A DNA stretch of 64,000 nucleotides, taken from the NCBI RefSeq assembly GCF_964194155.1, contig NC_135887.1:87048001-87112000 (forward strand). The letters run 5' to 3'. The notes beneath the pieces were generated by a model that was not told where the DNA came from, ran no database searches, and worked only from the letters and a program-made list of their open reading frames with translations. Positions 1 through 10,750 of this stretch are shown in pieces. The position numbers were made by a program, and so were the translations under genes. The number at the start of each line of letters is the position of its first letter. Position 1 is the first letter of the stretch. The stretch comes from Cetorhinus maximus (lineage: Eukaryota).

Positions 1-650
1 CCTTCCTCTCCAAAGTGCTTGAACATGTTGTTGCCTCCTAAGCCTTTGCCCATATTTCCATGTTAAATTATGATAAATTTCCACCCCTGCCACAGTACTG
101 AAATGGCACTTACCAACGTTACGAACAACATCCTATGTATTGTGACGAAGGTAAACCACCAGTCCTCACCCTTTTTGATATGGGTCTTTGTCGAACCTTT
201 GTCATGGTTGACCCCATCCTCTTCCAATGCCTGTCCAATGTCATCCAGTTGGATGGGACTGTGTTCACCTGGTTCCTTTCTTATCTATCCAACTGTAGTC
301 AGCGTATCACTTGCAATGGCTTCTATTCCTTCTCCTGTACCATTACCTCAGGTGTACCCCAGGGATCTTATCCTTGGTCCATTCCTTTAGAAAGAGATTG
401 TCAGTTTCCTCACCACCACCTCTCTCCTCTCCTCTCCTATTTCCATGTTCATAGCATCATCCCTATCTCAGCTCATCTGTTGAAACCCGCATCCTTACCT
501 TTTTTACCTTCAGACTTGACTGTCCTAATGAACTCCTGACTAGGCTTGCCCATCCTATTCTCTGTAAACTTGGGGCCATCCAAAACTCCGCTGCATGTGT
601 CCTAACTCTCACCAATTCCTGTTTACCCATAACCCCTGTGCTCATTGATC
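1..650 (+). mobile_element. Degenerate L2-like LINE reverse-transcriptase fragment
   Basis: Frameshifted RT-like peptides: LSKVLEHVV, FHPCHSTEMAL, WFLSYLSNCSQRITCNG..SGVPQGS, IQNSAA..PITPVL. The remainder of this element appears to resume after the CR1 insertion (~5300-5500 and 5890-6130). Confidence 0.7.
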
Positions 651-1194
651 ATCACAGAAACTAAGAACAGGAGTAGGCCATTCGGCCCTTCGAGCCTGCT
701 CCGCCATTCAATATGATCATGGCTGATCCTCTATCTCAATGTTATATTCCTGCTTTCTCTCCATACCCATGATGTCTCTAATATCCAAAAATTTATCAAT
801 TTCTTTTTTGAATATACTCAGTAACCTGGCCCCTACAGCCTTCTGTGGCAGAGAATTCCACAGGTTGACCACCCTCTGAGTGAAGAAATGTTTACCTCAT
901 CTCAGTCGTGCCCCGTATCTTGAGACTGTGGCCCCTGGTTCTAGACTCCCCAACCAGGAGAAACATCCTCCCTACATCCAATCTGTCTAGCCCTGTTAGA
1001 ATTTTAGACGTTTCAATCAGATCTCCTCTCATTCTTCTAAACTCTAGTGAATACAGGCTCAGTCGAACCAATCTCTCCTCATACGACAGTCCTGCCATTC
1101 CTGGTATCAGCCTAATGAACCTTCGTTGCACTCCCTCTATGGCAGGTATATCCTTTCTTAGGCACGGAGACCAAAACTGCACACAATACTCCAG

Positions 1195-1323
1195 GGCTGG
1201 GATTTTCCAGCCCCGTCACAGGCTGGATCTGCCACAGGCAAGGCAGCGCCTCAGACAGAAGTCCATTGACTTATGGCGGGACTGGAAGATCGCGGCGGCG
1301 GGCGGCTGCGGAAAATCCCACTG
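1195..1323. mobile_element. Small MITE with GGCTGGGATTTTCC-type terminal inverted repeats, inserted into the CR1
   Basis: It interrupts the CR1 sequence cacaatactccag|gtatggtctc. TIRs are ggctgggattttcc...ggaaaatcccactg, with 3-bp flanks cag/tag. Confidence 0.7.
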
Positions 1324-1733
1324 TAGGTATGGTCTCACCAAGCCTCTGTATAACTGCAGTCAGACATCCCTACTTCTGAACTTAAATCCTCTTGCAATGA
1401 AGGCCAACATATCATTTGCCTTCCTAATTGCTTGCTGCTCCTGCCCATTTACTTTCATTCACTGGTGTATAAGGACACCCAGATCCCTTTGTACATCCAC
1501 ATTTCCCAATATATCACCATTTAAATAATACTCTGCCTTTCTGCTTTTCACTCCAAAGCATATAACTTCATATTCATACACATTATACTGCACCTGTCAT
1601 GTGTTTGCCCACACACACAACTTGTCTAAATCGCCACAAAGCCTCCTTGCATCCTCCCCACAACTCTCGACCCCGCCCAGTTTTGTCATCAGCAAACTTG
1701 GAAATAATTGCATTTGGTTTCCTCATCCAAGTC

Positions 1734-1736
<3 letters not shown>

Positions 1737-1766
<30 letters not shown>
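1737..1766. repeat. (TA)n microsatellite inside the CR1 RT region
   Basis: About 15 TA units visible directly. Confidence 0.95.
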
Positions 1767-1770
<4 letters not shown>

Positions 1771-4700
1771 ATAGCTGGGGCCCAAGCACTGATCCCTGCA
1801 GTACACCACTAGTCACTGCCTGCCACCTGGAAAAAGACCCATTTATTCCCACCCTCTGTTTCTGGTCTGTCAACCAATTCGCAATCCACTCCAGTATGTT
1901 ACCCCCAATCCCATGTGCTTTAATTTTGCCCACTAGCCTCTTACGTGGGACCTTATCAAAAGCCTTCTTGAAATCCAAATACGCCACATCCACTGGTTCT
2001 CCCTTATCTATCCTACTAGTTACATCCTCAACAAACTCCAGTAGATTAGTTAAGCATGATTTCCTTTTCATAAACCCATGCTGATTTTGTCTAATCCCGT
2101 TAATGCTTTCCAACTGTTCTGTTACCATGTCTTTGTAATGGACTCTAGCATTTTCCGCACTACTGATGTTAGGCTGACTGGTCTGTAATTCTGTTTTTTC
2201 TCTCCCTTTTTTAAATTGTGGGGTTACATTTGCCACCCTTAATCTGTAGGAACTGCTCCAGAGTCTAGAGAATTTTGGAAGATGAGCACCAATGCATCCA
2301 GTATTTCCAGGACACTTCCTTTAGTACTCTGGGATATAGATTATCAGGCCCTTGGGATTTTTCAACCTTTAACCCCATTAATTTCTCTAGCACCGTTTTT
2401 TTTTACTAATACTGATTTTCTTCAATTCCTCCCTCTCACTGGACCCTTGGTTCCCTAACATTTCTGGGAAATTTTGTCCTCTTGTAAAGATAGAACCAAA
2501 ATATGTGTTCGATTCTTCTGCCATTTCTTTGTTCCCCGTTATGATTTCCTCTGTTTCTGACTGTAAGGGACCTATGTTTGTCTTCGCTAATCTTTTCTCT
2601 TCACATTTATAGAAGCTTTTACAGTCAGTTTTTATGTTTTGTGCAAGTTTACTCTCATACTGCATTTTCCCCCTCTCGGTCAATCTTTTTGTCCACTTTT
2701 GCTTAACTCTAAACTGCTCCCAATCCTCAGGCTTGCTGCTTTTTCTGGCAATTTTAAATATCTCCTCTTTGGATCTAATACTATCCCTAATTTCTTTTGT
2801 AAGCCATGGTTGAGCCATCTTTCCTGTTTTATTCCTGCGCCAGACAGGAATGAATAATTGTTGTAATTCATGCATACGTTCCTTAAATATTAGCCATTGC
2901 TTAGTCAACCCTTTTAGTAAGGTTCCCCAACTCGCACCTCATACCCTTGTAGTTCCCTTAATTTAGATTCGGGACCCTAGTTTCGGATTCAACTTCTTCA
3001 CCCTAATGAACAATTCTACCATTTTATGGTCGCCCTTCTCTAAGGGACCCCGCACAACAAGATTGTTAATTAATTTTTTTCTCATTGCACAATACCCAGT
3101 ATAGGATAGCCTGCCCTCTAGTTGGTTCCTCAACATATTGGTCTAAAAAACCATCACATACACACTCCAGGAAATCATCCTCCACAGTATCATTGCTAGT
3201 TTGGTTTGTCCAATCTATATGTTGATTAAAGTTACCCATGTTTACAGTTGTACCCTTTATTGCATGCGTCTCTAATTTCCTGCTTAATGCCTTCCCTTAC
3301 ATCTCCATTACTGTTTGGGGGCCTATAGACAACCCTCACCAATGTTTTCTGCCCCTTGGTGTTTATCTCCACCCAAATAGATTCCACATCGTGATTTTAC
3401 GAGCCACTATCCTTCCTCACTATTGCATTGATTTCCTCTTTTACTGACAATGCTACCCCACCTCCTTTCCCTATTTGTCTGTCCTTCCTAAATATTGAAT
3501 ACCCCTTGATGTTCAGTTCCCATCCTTAGTCACCCTGCAGCCATGTCTCCGTAATTGCAACTATATCATAACCGTTTATATCTATTTGCGCTGTTAATTC
3601 ATCTACCTTTATTGTGAGTGCTCCGTGCATCAAGATACAATACCTTTAGACTTGTCTTTTTAACCTTGTTAGTCATCTTAGCTTTATTTTGCACTATGAC
3701 CCAATTAGTTTTTTTGCTCTTGTTTTTTCTGCCTTCCACTTTTGCTTTTTACTTTTCTGTCTTTTGTTTTTATCCTTGTTCCCCCTTCCTCTGTTTCCCT
3801 GCTCAGGTTCGCATTCCCCTGCCCTTGTAGTTTAAACCCTACCCGACCGCACTAGCAACCACCACCCAAGGACATTGGTTCCGGTCCTGCCCAGATGCAA
3901 CCCAGCCCCAATGTCCCAGGAATCTGAATCCCTCTCCTCTACACCATTTCTTCAGCCACGTATTCATCTGATATATCCTGTTATTTCTACTCTCGCTAGC
4001 ACGTGGCACTGGTAGTAATCATGAGATTACTACCTTTTGAGGTCCTACTTTTTAATTTATGTCCTAACTCCCTATATTCAGCTTGTAGGACCTCGTCCCT
4101 TTTTTTTTTATGTATGTCGTTGGTACCAATATGTACCATGGCCACTGGCTGTTCACCCTCCACCTTCAGAATGCCCTGCAGCCTCTCCGAGACATCCTTG
4201 ACCCTGGCATCAGGGAGGCAGCATACCATCCTGGAGTGTCTCTTGTGGCTGCAGAAATATCTGTCTGTTCCCCTTACTATTGAATCCCCTATCACTATAT
4301 CCCTGCCACTCCTCTTCCTCCCCTCTTGTGCAGCAGAGCTACCTGTGGTGCAATGGACTTAGGATCTTTCTGCTTTCCCCTGAGAAATCGTCTCTCCCAG
4401 CAGTATCCAAAACGGTATATCTGTTAGAGAGCGGGATGGCACAGGGGACCCCTGTACTACCTGCCTTCCTCTACTCTGCCTGGTGGTCACCCATCCCCTT
4501 TCTGCCTGCTCAGTCTTTACCTGCGGTGTGACCATCTCACTGAACATGCTGTCCACGATAATCTCAGCATCGTGGATATTCCACAGTGAATCGACCCGTA
4601 GCTCCAACTCCAAAATGTGGTTAGCCGGCAGCTGCAGCTAGACACACTTCCTGCACACATGGTTGCCAGGGACGCTGGAAGTGTCCATAACTTCCCACAT

Positions 4701-5509
4701 AGCGCAGGAGGAGTATGTCACTGGTGCAAGCTCTGCTGCCGTGACTTCCCTTTAGATTAAGCTCGTTAGTTACTCCCTTCAAAGAATACTAATTACGCTA
4801 GGGGCTTTATTCCATTCCAAACAGTCCCACTACAGTCCAAAGTCCTCACCTTGTTTTGTTCAAGCTAATGGACTGCAGCAGTTTAATTAGTAGAAAAAGT
4901 ATAAGTACTCACCTGCCCGCCCTTACCAATCAGCTGCCTCTCCTGCACCCGTCATTTTTTTGAATCATGACGTCACTTCGAACTCCGCCGCCTTAAGGTC
5001 CTGAGGGCATGCCTCTCTTCTCCGGTCTTGGCCTCTGTTTTTCGACCCCTTATATACTGCTCTCGCTGGCCTCTCCTCTCGAGTCAGCCTGAGTCTCCCC
5101 ATAACTCTCGGTCCGTCCTCGAACTACTTTCAGCCCTGAGTCTCCCTGGAACTCTTGCTCTGTCCTCGTGCCGCTTTCAGTCCTGAGTCCAGCTCCCGCT
5201 CTTTTAAAATCTTCACTGTCTCTCAGCTCCTGCTCTTTTTAAATCCTACCAAGGCCACCGCTCCTCTCGCACTGCCTCCCGGTCCCGCTTTGGCCTCGGG
5301 CCTGGTTTTCCTTACACTTGAAAATCTAAAATTTAAAATAGGTTCCTGCTTAAGCAATGCTTGGATTTTAAAATTCTTGTCCTTGTCTTCAGATACCTCC
5401 ATTGTGTCACCCTCCCTATCTCTGTAACCTCCTTCATCCACACAAACTTCCAATATACCTGTGGCCCTCTAATTCCAGTCTCTTGAGCATCTCAAATTTT
5501 TATTGCTTT

Positions 5510-5886
5510 GGGAAGATGGTGAAATAGTGGTGATGTCATTGGACTAATAATCCAGAGGCCCAGACAAATGCTCTGGAGACATGGGTTGAAATCCCACCGT
5601 GGCAGCTGGTGGAATTTAAATTCAATTAATAAATCTGGAATAAAGCCAGTCCCAGTAATGGTGACCATGAAACCATTGTTGTTTGTCATAAAAACGCATC
5701 TTGTTCACTAATGCCCATTAGGGAAGGAAATCTGCTGTCTGTACTTGGTCTTGGCTACATGTGACTCCAGGCCCACAGCAATGTGGTTGATTCTTAACTG
5801 CTGTCTGAAATGGCCTAGCAAGCCACTCAGTTGAAGGGCAATTGGGGATGGGCAACTATCCCATGAAAGAATAAAGAAAAAAAAAA
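5510..5886 (+). mobile_element. tRNA-derived SINE with a family-B LINE 3' tail
   Basis: Degenerate A box (tgaaatagtgg) and B box (ggttgaaatcc). The body is shared with 38390 and 63328. It ends in aagggcaattggggatgggcaa..cccatgaaaga and an A-rich run. Confidence 0.8.
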
Positions 5887-6259
5887 GCTGTTGACAGCCA
5901 TGCTTTCAGCTGCCAAGCCCTTAAGCTCTGGAATTTCTTTCCTAAACTTCTCCACCTCTCTGCTCCTCTTTCCTCCTTTAAGACTCTGCTTAAAATCTAC
6001 TTCTCAGTCTAAGTGACCAAAAGCTTGGTCAAATATCTCCTTATGATGATATGGTGGCTTGGTTTTCTAGTTTTTTTATAACATTCCTGTGGAGGGCCTT
6101 GGAATGTTAAAGATACTATCTAAATACAAGTTGTTACTGTTATAGATTAATTCTAAAATTTTGCACATAAGACAACTTTTGTATAGTGCCATTAATGTGA
6201 TAATGTCCCAAGGTGCTTCACGGGCATTGTAAAGTAAAGTTTCGCATCGAGTCACGTAA

Positions 6260-7050
6260 GGGATAGTCAAGTCTAGAGGAAACAGAGGCATGGATGAGGA
6301 TTTCAGCAGCAGATGAGCTGAGGCAGGGTGGGTTTATCTGATACTGAGGTGGTCTTAGTGGTGGCGTGGATATGTGGTCAGAAGCTCATCTTGGGCTTGG
6401 GACAAATATGAATGAAGGTTGTGAACAGTCTGGTTCAACCTCAAAGTTGTCAGGGAGAGGGATGAAGTCAGTCACAAGGGAAAGGAGTTTGTAGCAGGGA
6501 CTGAAGACAATGGTCTCTGTGTTCCCAAAATTTAATTGGATAAAATTTCTGCATGTCTAGTGCTGAATGTTGGACAAGCAGTTTGATAATTTAGCCATAG
6601 TGGAGTCGTCGAAAGAGGTGGTGATGAGGTTGAGCTGGGTGTCGTCAGCATATGCGTCAAACCACAAACTATAGGGCAGTTCCATGAAGGAAAAGGCAGG
6701 AAAAATCTTTTTTAATCGCAGAGCACTTTACACAGCAGTGAGCAAAAAGAGTGAACAGGAGAAAGAGAAGAGCAGGGTTGGGAGGACAAAGGATGAGAAA
6801 GTTTTTGAAAACTGGAAATGAAGTTATTGATGACAGGGTTTTCTAAAGCCAAGGGCAGTAGTGGTTGAAGGACTGAAGACTAGCGTAGAGGAAGCATGGC
6901 ACAAGGAAAGGAGAATGCTGGTTTTGGAGAAGTGGAGACTTGCAGCTAGAGGAGATAGCTGAGATAAAGCATAGCAAGACCATGGATGAGTTTAAAGATA
7001 AGACCGTACATGTTAAAATCGACTTGAATTTGGGCACCCAATGAAGATTG
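6260..7050 (-). mobile_element. Degenerate L2-like LINE fragment
   Basis: The minus strand of 6640-6655 reads YADDTQL. The flanking sequence is purine-rich on the + strand, typical of antisense L2. Confidence 0.55.
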
Positions 7051-7264
7051 AATATAACTCCTTTCCCAACCTGCCACCCCAGCGCCACCACCCACCCCCG
7101 CCCCTTCCCACTCCTCAGGCAACTTGTTTGATTCTTTACCTCATTCCTTGATGTTGACCTTTTCTAATGTTGTATGCCTGGGTTTTGGTTTATCTCCAAT
7201 CGAGCCAAAGTTAAGGTCACTTTAACCCTGAGGTGCTACTCTTCCCAGTGCATCTGAGTCAGTG

Positions 7265-7645
7265 CAGCCATGGCTTTGTGTTTGCATTCTTGCCTCTGAG
7301 TCAGAAGGTTAATGGTTTAAATCTTATTCCAGTCTGACAATTCAATGCAGCACTGATGGAGCGCTGTGTGGTTGGAGAGATCACTTTTTGGATGCGATGT
7401 TACATCGAGGTCCCATTAGGTGGATGTAAAAGATGAGCAGAGAAGTTCTCCCCTTCTCAACCAGGATCACTAAAAGTAATCTGGTTGTCACATTGCTGTT
7501 TGTGGATTCTAGCTGTGAGCAAATTGTTTGCTGCATTTTCTATATTACAACAATGACTACACTTGTAGAGTACATCATTGGCTATAAATTGTTTTGGGAT
7601 GTACTAAATTGTGAAAGGTGCAGGAGAAATGCAATTTTTTTTTAA
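7265..7645 (+). mobile_element. DeuSINE-like tRNA SINE
   Basis: Head ttgcctctgagtcagaagg; Deu-like core (ttttggatgcgatgttacatcgagg); L2-like tail gtgaaagg..aaatgcaa. Related copies at 16985-17350 and 50220-50390. Confidence 0.6.
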
Positions 7646-7934
7646 CTTCCCATAACTAAGCTAAGATCTTGAGTTACACCTCATGGCATCCCTAATGCAG
7701 TCATGTGTCAGACAATGGAAGTTATTTTGGGCCATTCTATGATTTTTCATACCTATAATGGCTGAGATGTCTTGATTCATTTGAGAGTCAGTAACAGTGG
7801 TTATCAGGATAATCTGGTTGAATTCCATATTCTAGGATCAGAATTAACAAAATGGAGAGAAAAATTCATGTCCGGGGTCTGTCAAGTCTAATAAAAGTTG
7901 TGACAAAGCAAAGATGGGAATTAAAATATACCAC

Positions 7935-8035
7935 AAATAAAAACAGAAAATGCTGGAAATACTCAGCAGGTCTGGCTGCATCTGTGGAGAGAGGAACAGA
8001 GTTAACATTTCAGGCTGATGACCTTTCATCAGAAC
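7935..8035 (-). mobile_element. Penelope-like terminal repeat fragment with hammerhead-like core
   Basis: The minus strand reads CTGATGA-AAGGTCATCAGCCT-GAAA-TGTTAAC. Same family as 20220 and 59271. Confidence 0.65.
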
Positions 8036-8680
8036 TAATCATTTATGGGAGTGATTGATGCCATTGAACCTGAGAAGGTCTCTATGAAAGACCCAAACAT
8101 ATAGAAATTCTGTTGTTTGAAAACTTCCAATAGAATTGTCTTGTAGCTACAGAGACCAAGGCAAGATGCAATAGAATCTGATGAGGAAGGTGCTTTGAGC
8201 AGGAGATGTAAAGGATCTTGAAGGAAAGATGAGAGGATTAAAAGAGGGTGAGGAATTGATATGTGGAGAAGGAGCCAGAAAAGAAGGAATTTCCACAGTG
8301 AAATAGAACTGGAACATGGTAGAGCATGAAGTGAGTGACTAGTCTTGATGAGAAGGAAGCAGTTCACCAACAGAGAGACTGGGTTTAAGCTTCCAGATGT
8401 TGACTTCTGTGGAACATATTAAATGGGGAAAGCAGCAAGAGACATGGGCAGAAACTGCTGAGTGAGTGTGGCTCAAGTGAGGACTGATGTCTTTTGTGGC
8501 TCAAGAGTTAGACAGCTCTCATTTTCTTGGATCATAAATGAAGCAAGAGGTACCAGAGGTGCTGGAACCTCATACTTAATTTATGATCCGAGAAAATGGC
8601 AAGAAGTCACCATTTTTAAGGTATGGAGGAGTGAATGTATTATCATTTCCATCTTAACACTCTTGTTAATTCCTCCTTAG

Positions 8681-8882
8681 GTTCCAAGGGGAATCTGTCC
8701 CAGCGTAAGGTGCCTCTCACTATTAGCCTGGTGCTGCTTGGACCATCTACAATAATGGCTATTTATTATATGCTACTCCAGACCTACGTTCTGAAGCTGG
8801 AAGTGACGATCAATGCAATACTATTAGTGTTTTACATCTTTGAGCTGGTTCTGAACACTGTGGGTTTGATAAGCTTTTCAAG
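8681..8882 (+). CDS. TMEM216: TMEM216 penultimate coding exon (202 nt); ciliary transition-zone protein
   Basis: Acceptor tcctccttag|, donor AG|gtgag. Encodes (G)SKGNLSQRKVPLTISLVLLGPSTIMAIYYMLLQTYVLKLEVTINAILLVFYIFELVLNTVGLISFS, which matches recalled human GTKGNLCQRKMPLSIS..YYLLLQTYVLRLE. The upstream exons were not found in the window. Confidence 0.9.
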
Positions 8883-9414
8883 GTGAGCAGAACCTATGTC
8901 CTTCCAGATTCCTGGATGTTAGTCATTCTTAAATGGTTGTGCATTGTTTGCATTTGATTGTGTAAATATCACTAATATAAATTTTGGGTTTGAAAGTGAC
9001 ATCGGCAGGAAATACTTCAATTTCAATGTGAACCCAATCCACCCTTCCTTCTTGTAAAAGTTTTGTATTCTTTGCTAAGGTAGTCAAGCAACTTCTAGAA
9101 CTCCAGCATTACGATTCACAATTTAAATTAACTAAACATTTGCCCTGACAGCTGGCAATGTTTTCTTCTCAGGAACATATCAAGTGTCCTTTCAAAGGGC
9201 TAGTAATGATTCCATGATTTTATCACTCACCATTTGTGGAAATTTGTTCGAGGACAGTGACTGAAAATCTAACCTAACTCTTTGTCTGTGTTTTATAGGT
9301 TATTATCTCTAATCCTAATGCTCTCCACTTAAAATATTAAAGTAATTTCTATGATTAAGCATCTATGGTAGCTGAAAGATGGTTCTAATTTTACATTTTA
9401 TTTTGTTTTCTTAG

Positions 9415-9433
9415 TGCAGTCATCAGTGACTGA
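9415..9433 (+). CDS. TMEM216: TMEM216 short terminal coding exon (S-AVISD-stop)
   Basis: Strong polypyrimidine acceptor ttttattttgttttcttag. It is phase-2 compatible with the donor at 8882 and gives AGT GCA GTC ATC AGT GAC TGA. Confidence 0.72.
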
Positions 9434-9699
9434 AAATCTGAAGAAGGGGAATGTGCCCTGTAACTGATGAAATGTCTCTCTACCCTGGCCGCAAAATAAT
9501 TGTAATACATTTTATGCTGTTTTTGTACGTGGTCATCTTAAAGATAACATTGCCAATATTTTGTACAGTTATATCGTCACTGGATTGTGGGTTTTTTCTT
9601 TTTGTTCAATTTATTTCATATGTTGTATTCCCTTTCTTTTGCTCTCTTGTCCCTAACATCAGCTGTGCAAAGATGGTTTAGATGTCAAATGTACCCTTG

Positions 9700-10050
9700 A
9701 GTCAGGCCTATTGGGTGTATGAGGGCAGCCTGGAGCCAGCCTTCTCTCTTGTTCCCCCCTCCTTGTACAGTAATATATTTACTGAAATGACACTGCACCC
9801 ACCCTCATTTGCTCGCTTTTCTGTCATGTCTTAAGGCATCGACTCATGCAGGGCTTATGACCAAATATCTACACTTCATTTGTGAACCTAGACCATGAGT
9901 GTCAATAAGTACAAATGGAGTGTCAGCTGTGGAAAGCATCAAAGCCAAGTTCTGATTTCATCCACAGGCAAATCTATACACATGCACACTTCCTTGAGTG
10001 CCAAAAGATGGTAATCAAGAATAATCCGCTTGATTCCTCCTTACTATTCT
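9700..10050 (-). mobile_element. Old SINE-like dispersed repeat (AmnSINE2-like by recollection)
   Basis: Diverged copies sharing motifs such as tcctgatcactatc, gctaactcagcacaga and cacttccagcagg occur at ~22080-22330, 24520-24760, 28670-28870, 29320-29490, 34800-35100 and 46180-46500. Confidence 0.45.
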
Positions 10051-10750
10051 GAGGACATTGGCGTCAACTGAAGTATGTAAAGGCCCTACAAAATATCATA
10101 GATCAAGTACAATCTAGAAGTTTAGAAAATGTATTGAGTATGAACACGAAAAAGACAAAAAAAAATGTAGTTAGAAGGAATGCATTAAAAGAAACTAGTG
10201 AAGATTGAAGTGGATGGCGTCACATTGGAGCAAGTAGAAAAATATGTATATTTAAGACAAATGATAACAGAAGATGACAGGTGTGTTGCAGAAGTTAGAA
10301 GAAGGATAGAGATAACCAGGAGTAATTTTGTGAAGGTGAAGGATGTGTTAACTCAAGCTTGTAACAAGGCAAAAAAAACCTATATTCTATCCACTTTCCT
10401 GTATGCCTCAGAAACCTGGATAATTAAAGATTTTGGAAGAAAATAGAAATGTGGATGCTAAGACCTATGCTAAGAATTCCACATCAGACCATAAGATAAA
10501 TGAGCTAACAAGTGACATCCTGAAAATAAAATTTCAGTTTTCAGCCATTTGATCAGGACTGAAAAGTTAGAGATGTCTCCTAGAGGATGAAGTGGAGGGC
10601 AGTGGAAAGAGGATTCAACCTAGGTGTAGTTGGATGACTGATATCAGAGTGGTTGCAGACAAGCTACAGTGGATGTGTGAGGATGGCGCAAGATAGATGA
10701 GTGTGACATAACATGATAGCAGATCTCCTGCCAGTAGTAGCTACAAGCAA
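10050..10750 (+). mobile_element. RTE-clade LINE 3' fragment
   Basis: MNTKKTK..IEVDGVTLEQVEKYVYL..EVRRRIE..LYASETW is a characteristic RTE RT-thumb peptide (ORF 10198-10446). Confidence 0.8.

Larger units (their letters stand above)
655..5250 (-). mobile_element. Near full-length but decayed CR1-clade LINE (ORF1 with SGNH/GDSL esterase; ORF2 endonuclease-RT)
   Basis: Minus-strand ORFs: RT (NQHGFMKRKSCLTNLLEF..YLDFKKAFDKVP..GVLQGSVLGPQLF, 1736-2236), C-terminus (QFWSP..IEGVQRRF..RRMRGDLIE, 892-1182), linker (2387-2908), and ORF1 esterase (IGDSIVRGTD..VCCLPDARVKDV..VHIGTNDI, 3996-4295). A CR1-type 3' end lies near 655. Many stops and frameshifts. Confidence 0.92.

Noticed and set aside
908-2084. 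Long + strand ORFs (206 aa and 161 aa)
   Set aside because: Antisense shadows of the CR1 RT on the minus strand; not host genes.
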